Shown here: positions 45,207 to 54,290 of the stretch, in pieces
Position numbering within the stretch: position 1 is the stretch's first letter
How the letters are laid out: every line of letters begins with the position of its first letter
Source: Flavobacteriales bacterium
GTDB taxonomy: Bacteria > Bacteroidota > Bacteroidia > Flavobacteriales_G > Salibacteraceae
DNA length: 64,000 nt
NCBI GenBank assembly: GCA_018660685.1
Contig: JABJJW010000020.1
Span: forward strand, 44,257 to 108,256
Direction of reading: 5' to 3'
Notes under the pieces: model-generated
Database searches by the model: none
What the model saw: only the letters and a program-made list of their open reading frames with translations
Told to the model about the DNA's origin: nothing
Made by a program: the position numbers and the translations under genes

Positions 45207-46202
45207 ATGAGAAGTAGTGTCATTATCCTAATAGCATCAACGATGCTTGTAGCATGCGTTCCAGCCAGAAAGTACGAAGAGATGAAGGCCAAGCAGGCCA
45301 CATGTGAAGAAGAAAGAGGGCGGCTTACAAATGCCAATCGTGAGTTGAGTACAGAAAACGAGGAATTGCAAGCGGACTTAGCGAACCTTACCAAAAGAGC
45401 CTCAGAGTTGAAGGAGGATACTGCCTATCTCGGTAAACGACATCGTCAAACAAGCTCAAAATATACTGAGTTGAACAAGCTAAATGACGAGTTACTTAAA
45501 AAGCTAAAGAACCAACGCAGCGAAGGCGATGAAGAAAATCGACAACTCGTAGATGCGTTACGTGCAACTCAGCTTGACCTTCAAAGAAGAGAAGATGACT
45601 TACGCGAATTGGAAAAGTTGCTCAACGCAAAAGAGCAGCGGTTGAACGGTCTTGAAGAAGAACTCAAGAAGAGAGAAGCTCGCGTGAAAGAGCTAGAGGA
45701 CATCATTGCTCAGAAGGACGCAGCTGTACAAGCCCTAAAAGATCGCATTGCAAATGCACTTCTCGGATTCAAGGACAAAGGATTGACGGTGGAAGAGCGA
45801 AACGGAAAGATTTATGTAAGTCTTGAAGCGAAGCTTCTATTCCCAAGCGGGAGTAATGTCGTGAATGACGAAGGAAAGTCTGCGCTGATTGATTTAGCCA
45901 ATGTAATTCGAGAGGAAAAGGACATCACCATCATGGTTGAAGGGCATACCGATACGGATCCATTTAACGGTGCGGGAGCAGTAAAAGACAATTGGGATCT
46001 ATCGGTTATGCGCGCTACGTCAGTTGTCCGAATCCTTACCGGGCAAGGTAAAATGAGCCCAGATGTTCTCACGGCTGGAGGTCGAGGAGAACATGTTCCT
46101 GTGGCTGAAAATAGTACGAGCGAAGGCAAGTCGAAAAACCGGAGAATCGAGATCATTCTCGCCCCAAATCTAGACGAGCTCTTCGAAATCATCAACGAGT
46201 AA
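45207..46202 (+). CDS. Lipoprotein with a long coiled coil and a C-terminal OmpA/MotB-type peptidoglycan-binding domain
   Basis: 331 aa with lipobox LVAC, ~170 aa of coiled coil, and OmpA-like blocks GHTDTDP, NWDLSVMRATSV and NRRIEIIL. Confidence 0.8.
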   Translation: MRSSVIILIASTMLVACVPARKYEEMKAKQATCEEERGRLTNANRELSTENEELQADLANLTKRASELKEDTAYLGKRHRQTSSKYTELNKLNDELLKKLKNQRSEGDEENRQLVDALRATQLDLQRREDDLRELEKLLNAKEQRLNGLEEELKKREARVKELEDIIAQKDAAVQALKDRIANALLGFKDKGLTVEERNGKIYVSLEAKLLFPSGSNVVNDEGKSALIDLANVIREEKDITIMVEGHTDTDPFNGAGAVKDNWDLSVMRATSVVRILTGQGKMSPDVLTAGGRGEHVPVAENSTSEGKSKNRRIEIILAPNLDELFEIINE

Positions 46203-46223
46203 AGTAGAACCTAAGTAGAACCC

Positions 46224-46231
46224 TATTTTTG
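46224..46231 (+). promoter_or_regulatory. -7 box TATTTTTG upstream of tyrS
   Basis: Exact TAnnTTTG, 21 nt before the ATG at 46253. Confidence 0.4.
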
Positions 46232-46252
46232 CCGCTCTAAAAGCAGCGCTAC

Positions 46253-47527
46253 ATGGCAAATTTTGTGGATGAATTGAGGTGGAGAGGCATGTTACACGAC
46301 ATGGTTCCGGGAACAGATGAACTTTTGGCTAATGGAGGTGTAACCGGCTACATTGGATTTGACCCCACAGCAGACTCATTGGGCATTGGAAACATGGTTC
46401 AGGTCATGATTCTTACCCACTTTCAGAGAACAGGCAACAAGCCGATTGCGCTGGTTGGCGGAGCTACAGGAATGGTTGGAGACCCAAGCGGGAAGTCAGC
46501 TGAACGAAATTTGCTGGATGCAGACACACTCAATCACAACCTCGAGTGTCAGCGAAAACAACTGGAGAAGTTCCTGGATTTTGAAGGAGAGAATGCAGCC
46601 AGCATCGTCAACAATTATGATTGGTTCAAGGAATTTGGATTGCTCGAATTCATTCGAGACGTAGGGAAGCACATTCCTGTCAATTATATGATGGCCAAGG
46701 ATTCTGTAAAGAGCAGACTTGACTCAGGAATGTCTTTCACAGAATTTACCTACCAGTTGATTCAAGGTTATGACTTCTACCATCTATGGAAGCATAATGG
46801 CTGTAAGATTCAGATGGGCGGAAGCGATCAATGGGGAAATATTACCACTGGTACAGAGCTGATCCGCAGGATGGAAGGAGGAGACGCTTATGCGCTCACC
46901 ACACCACTGATTAAAAAGGCAGATGGGACCAAGTTTGGCAAGACCGAAGGCGGAAATATCTGGCTCGACCCGAAACGAACATCGCCCTACAGATTCTATC
47001 AGTTTTTACTCAATACGGCTGACGCTGATGTGGGCAATTACTTAAGAGTCTTTTCTATCAAAGGGAAGGATGAAATTGAAGCCATTGAAGCGGAGCATGC
47101 GGAAGGACCTCACATGAGGACGGCACAAAAGGCATTGGCGGCCGAACTCACAGCTCGAGTTCATTCTAACGAGGACTTGGAAAAAGCCTTGAACGCTTCT
47201 GAAGTCTTGTTTGGAAAGGCGACCAGCGAATCACTCAAGTCTTTAGATGAAGCAACTATACTCGATGTGTTCGAGGGAGTCCCACAAGCAAAAGTTTCTC
47301 GTGACAAAGTGAGTGGAGGAATTGATATTGTTGAATTGCTCTCGGCGGAAACGGGGTTTTTAGCTTCCAATGGGGAGGCGCGACGTGCGCTCAAGGAAAA
47401 CTCTATCTCGGTCAACAAGGCAAAAGTCGGAGATGGCTATGCGACAAGCACGGACGACCTGATCGATGGAAAGTACCTCTTGCTCCAGCGCGGAAAGAAG
47501 AACTACTTCCTAGTCATTACAGAATAA
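46253..47527 (+). CDS. tyrS: Tyrosine--tRNA ligase
   Basis: 424 aa with [13 protein letters not shown] (HIGH region), KFGKTEGG (KMSKS region) and a C-terminal S4-like domain. Confidence 0.93.
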   Translation: MANFVDELRWRGMLHDMVPGTDELLANGGVTGYIGFDPTADSLGIGNMVQVMILTHFQRTGNKPIALVGGATGMVGDPSGKSAERNLLDADTLNHNLECQRKQLEKFLDFEGENAASIVNNYDWFKEFGLLEFIRDVGKHIPVNYMMAKDSVKSRLDSGMSFTEFTYQLIQGYDFYHLWKHNGCKIQMGGSDQWGNITTGTELIRRMEGGDAYALTTPLIKKADGTKFGKTEGGNIWLDPKRTSPYRFYQFLLNTADADVGNYLRVFSIKGKDEIEAIEAEHAEGPHMRTAQKALAAELTARVHSNEDLEKALNASEVLFGKATSESLKSLDEATILDVFEGVPQAKVSRDKVSGGIDIVELLSAETGFLASNGEARRALKENSISVNKAKVGDGYATSTDDLIDGKYLLLQRGKKNYFLVITE

Positions 47528-47558
47528 AAAAAGGCCTTCCGGAAAGGAAGACCTCTTT
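47526..47558. terminator. Bidirectional hairpin terminator between the convergent tyrS and lipoprotein genes
   Basis: AGGCCTTCC-ggaaa-GGAAGACCT (9 bp, one mismatch), flanked by A7 on the left (T7 for the minus-strand transcript) and CTTTAATT on the right. Confidence 0.6.
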
Positions 47559-47574
47559 AATTCATCGGTTCAAA

Positions 47575-48381
47575 TTACTCTTGAGTCAATTCCCAAGAAG
47601 TAGTATTCAAATAGCTTGACGACCAATCTGTAGCAGAGTTGGTTGTTGTCGACTCATCTGAGTACTCAACGTTCATAACGCCTTTCTTCAATTCTGTCAC
47701 ATTCCAAATCGATCCAGCGCTCATCACCCCGGTGTTCGTTGATGTACCGCTTTCACTCGTCGGAAGTGGGACGTAGTCCGTACCGTCATAGAGATAATAT
47801 CCGGTTGGTGTAATTGAGGTGCTCGTTCCAGAAATCACATACGTGTATGAATCAATAAAATCAGTCATGTCTGTTCGCTCTTGAAAAACGATCTGAGAGT
47901 TTTTCTCAATTTCATCTCCTGCATTTCCGGAGACAGTGAAATAACCAGTCTGATTAGTTGTAGCCACGCGGCTCGTTGTTCGCTCGTAGTAATCTACATA
48001 CTGGTAAGAACCGTTGACATCCTTCTCGTAATACGATTGATAGTTGACATCGTATTCCGGATCGGTCAAAACTGACTTCATATCGTACTCGCCCATTTTT
48101 TTGTTGAAGGTGACCTCAAGAGTCATTGAACTTTGAACGGTTTCTGTAATACCGTTTGAAGTAGTGGTAGTGCTCAGAATGCTTCCGTCAAATGTTTCAG
48201 AAGATTCTGTGGTCGTTGTTACTGAACCTTGTGTCCAGCTGTTCGTCGTAGAGGAAGCTCCGCTCGTGACGTTCCAAGTACCATCCAGCTTTCCATTAGT
48301 CACCGTTTTGTTGCAACCGCTTAGAGTTACGGCTCCGGCAACTCCGGCGATAAGCATTAGTAGAGTAAATCTAGATTTCAT
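47575..48381 (-). CDS. Ser/Thr-rich lipoprotein (lipocalin-like GTWNV start), hypothetical
   Basis: 268 aa with lipobox LSGC. No family recognised with confidence. Confidence 0.5.
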   Translation of the reverse strand: MKSRFTLLMLIAGVAGAVTLSGCNKTVTNGKLDGTWNVTSGASSTTNSWTQGSVTTTTESSETFDGSILSTTTTSNGITETVQSSMTLEVTFNKKMGEYDMKSVLTDPEYDVNYQSYYEKDVNGSYQYVDYYERTTSRVATTNQTGYFTVSGNAGDEIEKNSQIVFQERTDMTDFIDSYTYVISGTSTSITPTGYYLYDGTDYVPLPTSESGTSTNTGVMSAGSIWNVTELKKGVMNVEYSDESTTTNSATDWSSSYLNTTSWELTQE

Positions 48382-48406
48382 TTTATGATCTTTAAGTTAG
48401 TGAGAG

Positions 48407-48414
48407 CAAAAATA
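48407..48414 (-). promoter_or_regulatory. -7 box TATTTTTG upstream of the lipoprotein gene
   Basis: Exact TAnnTTTG on the minus strand, 25 nt before the ATG at 48381. Confidence 0.35.
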
Positions 48415-48522
48415 CCGTGAGAAGTTCAGAATAGTCTACGGTATATTCCCTAGATGACAATTTTTTTGTGTCATCACATCTAGACGATCAATAAAGGCTG
48501 AAGGAAGCGAACATTCGATTTT

Positions 48523-49149
48523 CTAGTCAATTTTCTTGCTCACTTCTCGCATCACGAATAACATTTCAGCTGCTATTTGTCGGCTTCGTGCGTCATAGAT
48601 TTCGGCTTCATCCGATTTGCCATCTCCTACTTTCGGGTCGTCATAGGTCACGGACATCCTTTTGTCTGCTCCTGGGACATATGGGCAATTGGTTTCAGCA
48701 TCTGAGCACACCATAACCGCCGCAAAGTCTGATTGGGGATTTGCCTCATCATCAAACCGCTTCGAAAACAGCTCGAGCATCGAACCATCCGAAACTTGAA
48801 AGAATAAAAGAGGATTGTCTTTAGATTCATCATCCACCAGCAGGTTAAACCCAGCGCGACTCATAGACGCTATTGCATTTGGATGAAATCGTGTCACTTC
48901 CACACCTCCGGAATAGAATTCCATACCGTCTAAGTTTGAGTACACAGCGGCCGCCGCGGCCCAGAGTTGGGCCATGTGGCTTCGTCGAGCATTGTGTGTG
49001 CAGATGAAATTCAGCCTACAAGTCTCGTTTGACAATTGTCTTTCGGAGATGTAGCTTACTAGCGGCTCAAGGACTTGGGCACGCTCTTCAGAAAGGTTTG
49101 CCTGAAGACCGTCCAAGAAAGTATTTACCTCTGTCATAGTTAACAGCAA
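48523..49149 (-). CDS. arsC: Low-molecular-weight phosphatase-family arsenate reductase with a ~45-aa N-terminal extension
   Basis: 208 aa with P-loop CTHNARRS (CX5R-S) and a distal Cys pair in VCSDAETNCP, as in thioredoxin-coupled ArsC. Third gene of the ars cluster. Confidence 0.7.
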   Translation of the reverse strand: MLLTMTEVNTFLDGLQANLSEERAQVLEPLVSYISERQLSNETCRLNFICTHNARRSHMAQLWAAAAAVYSNLDGMEFYSGGVEVTRFHPNAIASMSRAGFNLLVDDESKDNPLLFFQVSDGSMLELFSKRFDDEANPQSDFAAVMVCSDAETNCPYVPGADKRMSVTYDDPKVGDGKSDEAEIYDARSRQIAAEMLFVMREVSKKID

Positions 49150-50078
49150 TTAGGTCCACAACAAGCTTCGCCATCCGCTCCTGCAATTTCAGCAATCTTC
49201 ACCTTGGCTTTATGCTGGATAGCTTCTTGTCCCACTTTCTTCTCTGAAGATTGACCTGGCTTTTCAGCGTAAACAGTTACTGAGTAAATCCCAGTTTCGC
49301 CCTGATTGAATTGAGCCACTCTATCGGCACCCATATATTTTAGAAGAATATCAGATGGAATTCGAATGGCCTTTTCCTTTTGTATGGTGATGTTGTCGAA
49401 TCCAGCCTTTTCTATCAAACCCATGTACTCCGATTTCTGAATTGCTCCAGAAACGCAACCCGCATACATCTCAGCATCTTCCCTAAGTTCATCAGGGAGG
49501 TCGCCTATCAACACAATATCTGAGATGCTAAAATGTCCACCTGGCTTTAAAACACGGAACGTATCATTGATCACGCCCTTTTTGTTGGGCACCAAGTTGA
49601 GCACACAGTTGCTGACGATAACGTCAGCTGTGTTTTCGCTGATTGGCATATTCTCAATGTCTCCGTATCTAAATTCAACATTGTTGAAGCCTAGTTTATC
49701 AGCATTGATCCTTGAACGGTCAATCATCGCCTCAGTGAAATCGATACCAATTACCTTCCCTTCTGGACCTGTTTCATGTCTGGCAATGAATGCGTCGTTT
49801 CCCGCACCGGAGCCCAGATCAATTACGGTATCTCCATTTGAGATTTGAGCGAATTCGGTAGGCAGTCCGCATCCCAATCCTAAATCCGCGTCAGCGGCAT
49901 ATCCGTCAAGATCAGTGTAGTCATCGCTCATTACGTTGTACACTTCTTCTGATGTCGGAGTTGCGCCACAGCATGAAGCTGCGTTTACTTCCCTTTCGTT
50001 AAGTGCGATTTGACTGTACTTTTCTCTTACAATCTCCTTTAGTTCGTTTTCGTTTTTCATCATATAATGTTTTAGCAA
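49140..50078 (-). CDS. arsM: Arsenite S-adenosylmethionine methyltransferase
   Basis: 312 aa with SAM motif VIDLGSGAGND. Conserved Cys positions are SCCG, LGCGLP, SNCVLNL and AGCVSGA. Cys-rich tail CCGPNCC. Confidence 0.85.
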   Translation of the reverse strand: MLKHYMMKNENELKEIVREKYSQIALNEREVNAASCCGATPTSEEVYNVMSDDYTDLDGYAADADLGLGCGLPTEFAQISNGDTVIDLGSGAGNDAFIARHETGPEGKVIGIDFTEAMIDRSRINADKLGFNNVEFRYGDIENMPISENTADVIVSNCVLNLVPNKKGVINDTFRVLKPGGHFSISDIVLIGDLPDELREDAEMYAGCVSGAIQKSEYMGLIEKAGFDNITIQKEKAIRIPSDILLKYMGADRVAQFNQGETGIYSVTVYAEKPGQSSEKKVGQEAIQHKAKVKIAEIAGADGEACCGPNCC

Positions 50079-50395
50079 CAGCTTTGGTTAATCTTATTAA
50101 AAAGTGAATCGAGGTCAGCTTGAATTTGCTGCCAAGCACCCCCATCAATGCAGTAACACATTGATGTGCCCTCGACCGTGCCTTTGATTATACCCATAGT
50201 CTTCAGCTCTTTCAAGTGCTGAGAAACGGTTGCTTGAGCTAATCCAAGTTCGTGCTGCAGATCACTATTGATGCATTGATCAGCTTGAACTAGGTAGTCG
50301 ATAATTGCAATTCGAGCAGGATGCGCTAATGACTTAGCGATATCGCTAATTCTGTTTTGGCGATCCGTGAATAATTCTGTTTTAGTTAATCCCAT
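50072..50395 (-). CDS. arsR: ArsR/SmtB family metalloregulator
   Basis: 107 aa with winged-HTH blocks ISDIAKSLAHPARIAIIDYL and ATVSQHLKELK. Cys residues are clustered at the C-terminus (CYC, terminal SCC). Confidence 0.8.
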   Translation of the reverse strand: MGLTKTELFTDRQNRISDIAKSLAHPARIAIIDYLVQADQCINSDLQHELGLAQATVSQHLKELKTMGIIKGTVEGTSMCYCIDGGAWQQIQADLDSLFNKINQSCC

Positions 50396-50410
50396 GTCTC
50401 ATTTATCATT

Positions 50411-50422
50411 ACATTGCAATAT
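50411..50422. promoter_or_regulatory. Imperfect palindrome ACATTGCAATAT (perfect core ATTGCAAT); candidate ArsR operator overlapping a -7-like TAATATTG
   Basis: Read directly, 16-27 nt upstream of the arsR ATG on the minus strand. Confidence 0.3.
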
Positions 50423-50569
50423 TACGATTAATAGCTTAATCTGCAACTTTAATTTGAAAAAAATTGAATACCAATCTTGAAAGTCCCCGTCCGAAGAGAG
50501 TGTGGATGGGACAAAACTGAACAAACCAGCCGCTGCAAAAAGCAATGCAGTTAAGTCAGCAAAAGAGGC

Positions 50570-51097
50570 CTAGAGCTTATTTCCTTTCGCCACTCGAAAC
50601 TCCTTGTTCTCGATGTACTTTCTCTTCAACTTGAAAGTAAGAGAAGTGCGATCAGCGCCCGCATTGGTAAGGTATTGCTCGGGACCATACTTAATTTTCC
50701 CTCGATCGCCATTCCATTCGAGTGCCTGCAGATAGTAAGTGGTTCCTCCTTCTTTTGCACCAAAAACTAGGAATTTTGAATCGTCAGGCTCAAATGATAT
50801 CGCCAATCGATTGCCATCCAGTTGTTTCACGACTTTCCCTCTCGTGCCTTCTTTGATCATGAGTTGATCAATTTCCTTCCCGTAGTTGAGATTCAATGTT
50901 CCACCATCGGTTGTCTTATCAGCCGTCTTTGCCTCGTACTTGGTGAGCACAATGTCATGAGAATTGTAAAACTGAATGCCTTGGAGGTCATCAGCAGAGA
51001 GTCGGTACTTCTCTATCTTATCTGAATCTAAAACATACTTGGTGCTACACGCTGAGAACATGAAGGCGGAAATGAGAATTAGTATTGAATATTTCAT
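50570..51097 (-). CDS. Hypothetical lipoprotein
   Basis: 175 aa with lipobox FSAC. No family recognised. Confidence 0.5.
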   Translation of the reverse strand: MKYSILILISAFMFSACSTKYVLDSDKIEKYRLSADDLQGIQFYNSHDIVLTKYEAKTADKTTDGGTLNLNYGKEIDQLMIKEGTRGKVVKQLDGNRLAISFEPDDSKFLVFGAKEGGTTYYLQALEWNGDRGKIKYGPEQYLTNAGADRTSLTFKLKRKYIENKEFRVAKGNKL

Positions 51098-51139
51098 GAG
51101 ATTAGCTTTCCGGGCTTAAAACCAAGTATCGTTCCAAAC

Positions 51140-52099
51140 TTAAGTGTAAAGCAAATTGCAACCGCGAATATCACTGTGATCCAATCTGCCCTCAACTGTA
51201 AACCTGCCAGAATTATCGACACCGCCGATGTCCTGGGTTTGGATGAACGAACAGCTGTGATAATTCGCAAGGTCAGCGAAGGCAAGGATTCCGCGTCTCC
51301 CGGGTTCCAAAATTTCGAGCGGATCACTGACATTCGTTGCGAAGACCCGAACCCAAGGCGGCGCCACAAATTGCCCATCCATCAAGTAGGCTTGCGAAAG
51401 CAATTCCGTCATTCCATACTCCGAGCTGATCTCAGATGTTGGGAAACTCAATCGAATGCGTCGGTGCAATTCTTCGCGTGTTATTTCCTCTCTCCTTCCC
51501 TTCATTCCGCCAGTTTCCATAATGCTAAGGTTTGGGTGGTCAATGGAATGATTTTCGGCAAAATCAAGGAGGGCATAGCTTACGCCGAGCAATAGAACCT
51601 TTTCTGACTTGACCTGGTCGCGGATTAGTCGTTGCAGTGATTCAAAGTCTGCCCCTACAAATTGAGAATGGCGGGATGAGGATTGGACGAATTGATCCAC
51701 CATCCAGACCAAACTTGAATCTCCTTGATCTTGATAGGAGGGAAGAAGCGCTAAGATCACAAGATCGTTTAACGCTCCGTATAGCGACTCAAAATGGGCA
51801 ATCGAAAGTTTCCGGTAAAGAGACAGATCATGCACAAAGTGTTGTGATCGTTGAGAAGAAGAGGTTCCGCTGCTTTTGAAGATTGACTCTTCAGTGGCAT
51901 GGCAACTTACTCTGTGACTTTTGAAAAGCTCAATGGGGATGAATGATTCCTGCCAAGTTTTCGATTTGATACCACGGACGAATTCATTAAAAACTGCGTT
52001 GTGTTGAAGTTGATGAGCAAAAGTCTCCCTTGCTTGCGCATCAAATTCATCGTCTGATGAAATGGAAAGTAATTTTTCGGGGATGCTTAACTTCGACAT
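51140..52099 (-). CDS. LuxE/PaaK-like acyl-protein synthetase / acyl-adenylate-forming enzyme
   Basis: 319 aa with SSGTSS and ETGGMKGRREE blocks. Confidence 0.6.
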   Translation of the reverse strand: MSKLSIPEKLLSISSDDEFDAQARETFAHQLQHNAVFNEFVRGIKSKTWQESFIPIELFKSHRVSCHATEESIFKSSGTSSSQRSQHFVHDLSLYRKLSIAHFESLYGALNDLVILALLPSYQDQGDSSLVWMVDQFVQSSSRHSQFVGADFESLQRLIRDQVKSEKVLLLGVSYALLDFAENHSIDHPNLSIMETGGMKGRREEITREELHRRIRLSFPTSEISSEYGMTELLSQAYLMDGQFVAPPWVRVFATNVSDPLEILEPGRRGILAFADLANYHSCSFIQTQDIGGVDNSGRFTVEGRLDHSDIRGCNLLYT

Positions 52100-52110
52100 A
52101 TCCTAGGACG

Positions 52111-52590
52111 GTGAATCAACTGATCAACATATCAAAGTTAGGGGCAATTGCCACAGTTCTATTGCTCGCTGCTTGTAAGAAGCAAGATTGTTCTGGCGAT
52201 GCTCCTATTTTATCACACGATACCATCTACTACTCGATCATCGACGGGGCGAAAACGGCTTTTATCGAATCGAAGTTTGAAGACTGTCAAGGAGATATCG
52301 GAACGAACGATGAAGGGGACACGACGCGCGTGCACACCTTTTTGTATGAATTCTATGATTCTGAGTGGCATCGATTCTATCATCCAGACAGCGCGGATTC
52401 GATTCTTTTCTTTTCGACGATTCCGGGGTCTGATAAACTAAAGGAAGATGAAAGGGTGGAAGGCACTCTCATTCAAAAGATCCCAAATGCAAAGCAGAAC
52501 AGCGATACGCTGCGCTTTGAAATTTACATCATTGACCAGGCTGGAAACAGGAGTAACCGAATTACGACTCCAAGGCTTATCATTCCTTAG
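52111..52590 (+). CDS. Hypothetical lipoprotein
   Basis: Start moved to in-frame GTG 52111 (VNQLINISKLGAIATVLLLAAC), which gives a normal lipoprotein signal and removes the 70-nt overlap with the divergent gene. The ORF track starts at 52030. Confidence 0.45.
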   Translation: MNQLINISKLGAIATVLLLAACKKQDCSGDAPILSHDTIYYSIIDGAKTAFIESKFEDCQGDIGTNDEGDTTRVHTFLYEFYDSEWHRFYHPDSADSILFFSTIPGSDKLKEDERVEGTLIQKIPNAKQNSDTLRFEIYIIDQAGNRSNRITTPRLIIP

Positions 52591-54278
52591 ACTTTACCCG
52601 CTATAGCTTCGTTTACGTTGATCACATGATCTCCAACTTTCTCCATAGATGAGAAAAGATCATTGTATATCATACCGTTCTGATAATCGTACTCCCCATT
52701 CTCCAGTCTTTGGAAATGATCCTTTCGGATTTCATCTCTTTTGATGTTAATGGCATCCTCATTCTTCAAGGCGTCTTGAAGGTCGATCTTATCGTATTCT
52801 TCCTCGAGGTTTTCATTCATCTTATTCATTGCGAACTCAACAAGATCGAACAACTCGAGCAGCTGCTGTCGTTGCTCCGTGGTGAACCAGATCTTGTTTT
52901 CATGCTTTCGACCAATCCCTATCGACATCTGATAACAGATATCTCCGACTCGCTCAAGATCGTTGATGATGCTGAGCATTGTTCTCACCAAGGAAGAAGA
53001 TTTATCCGATAGTCTTCCGCTGGCCACTTTCGTTAGGTACTCTGTAATCTCCACTTCGATTCGATCAGATATTTCCTCATACTTCCTAATACGTTTGGTA
53101 AGCTTCTTCCTCTTTTTCTTGTCTTTTTCAGTAAGCAAATCTTTCACCATTCCAATGTGACGAATACTGATTTCGCCAAATTTATGGACCTCTTTCTGGG
53201 CTTCAAGTATGGATAATTCAGACGTGCCCATGAGTCCAGCACCAATAAAATTCAGGTGTGATTCTTCGTCATCATCTCCCTTATAGGGAACAGATTTGAT
53301 AGCAACCTTCACCAAGTGAGGGACGAACCAAATCAGCAACAACACATTGGTCAAATTGAAGAAAGTGTGGAAATAGGACAATGCAAAAGGAATTGATTCG
53401 CTGTTTTCATAAGGACTAGAATTACCCATGATGGATTCAGAGAACCACGAAATCATATCAAGTGCAAATGGAAGAAGCAAGACCATCCAGGTAACCCCGA
53501 TAATGTTGAACATAGAGTGAATCCTGGCCGACCTTTTCGCGTGTACGTTTCCGACGAGCGAAGCGAGTTCTGCTGTGATTGTTGTTCCAATATTTTCGCC
53601 AAGTACCATTGCCGCTGCAACCGGAAATGGAATCCATCCGTTGTGACACATGACTAAGGTCAGTGCCATGGCAGCACTGGAAGATTGAACGATGATGGTA
53701 ACCAGCGCTCCTATGAAAACAAAGAGTATTGATGTCAACAAGCCGCCGTCCGCAAATTGTGTGAGGAATCCTAGAATTTCTGGATTGTCCTTTAAATCTG
53801 GCACGGAATGCTTTAGCGCATCAAGTCCCATAAACAGGAGGGCGAAACCAACGAGAAATTCTCCCCAAGACCTCATCTTCGGGCGTCCGAGCAACATCAT
53901 TGGCAATCCCGCGGCAATAATTGGGAGCGAAACCGCGACGATATTGAATTTGAATCCGAAGTATGAAACGATCCAAGCTGTAATTGTTGTACCAATGTTG
54001 GCACCCATCATGACGCCAGCAGATTGCACGAGAGTCAATAAACCGGCATTCACAAAGCTCACCGTCATCACTGTGGTTGCGGAAGATGATTGAACCAAGG
54101 AAGTGATGAAGAAACCGGTCAGGACTCCAAAGAATCGGTTCTTGGTCATGGCGCCAAGAATTTGTCTCAAGCGCTGGCCTGCAGCCTTTTGGATTCCCTC
54201 GCTCATGACCTTCATACCGTAAATGAAGAAGCCTAATGATCCGAGGAGGACGAGTGCGTCAAACAGTGAAAAGTTCAT
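52587..54278 (-). CDS. Na+/phosphate cotransporter family protein with C-terminal PhoU-like repeats
   Basis: 563 aa with duplicated QSSSATT/QSSSAAM transporter repeats and a helical PhoU-like C-terminal half. Confidence 0.85.
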   Translation of the reverse strand: MNFSLFDALVLLGSLGFFIYGMKVMSEGIQKAAGQRLRQILGAMTKNRFFGVLTGFFITSLVQSSSATTVMTVSFVNAGLLTLVQSAGVMMGANIGTTITAWIVSYFGFKFNIVAVSLPIIAAGLPMMLLGRPKMRSWGEFLVGFALLFMGLDALKHSVPDLKDNPEILGFLTQFADGGLLTSILFVFIGALVTIIVQSSSAAMALTLVMCHNGWIPFPVAAAMVLGENIGTTITAELASLVGNVHAKRSARIHSMFNIIGVTWMVLLLPFALDMISWFSESIMGNSSPYENSESIPFALSYFHTFFNLTNVLLLIWFVPHLVKVAIKSVPYKGDDDEESHLNFIGAGLMGTSELSILEAQKEVHKFGEISIRHIGMVKDLLTEKDKKKRKKLTKRIRKYEEISDRIEVEITEYLTKVASGRLSDKSSSLVRTMLSIINDLERVGDICYQMSIGIGRKHENKIWFTTEQRQQLLELFDLVEFAMNKMNENLEEEYDKIDLQDALKNEDAINIKRDEIRKDHFQRLENGEYDYQNGMIYNDLFSSMEKVGDHVINVNEAIAGKV

Positions 54279-54290
54279 ACTAGTTAGGTC

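Noticed and set aside
46202-46222. Tandem direct repeat AAGTAGAACC-t-AAGTAGAACC overlapping the stop of the OmpA-like gene, just upstream of the tyrS -7 box
   Set aside because: There are only two copies of a 10-11-nt unit, which could be chance. No similar motif was noticed elsewhere in the window. It is recorded in case a regulator site search finds it again.
51094-51378. 94-aa ORF overlapping the 3' end of the LuxE-like gene
   Set aside because: It overlaps a longer ORF on the same strand in another frame, and no motifs were recognised.
51140-52099. Bioluminescence (lux) function for the LuxE-like ORF
   Set aside because: There are no luxCDAB genes nearby, and LuxE-like adenylating enzymes are widespread outside lux systems.
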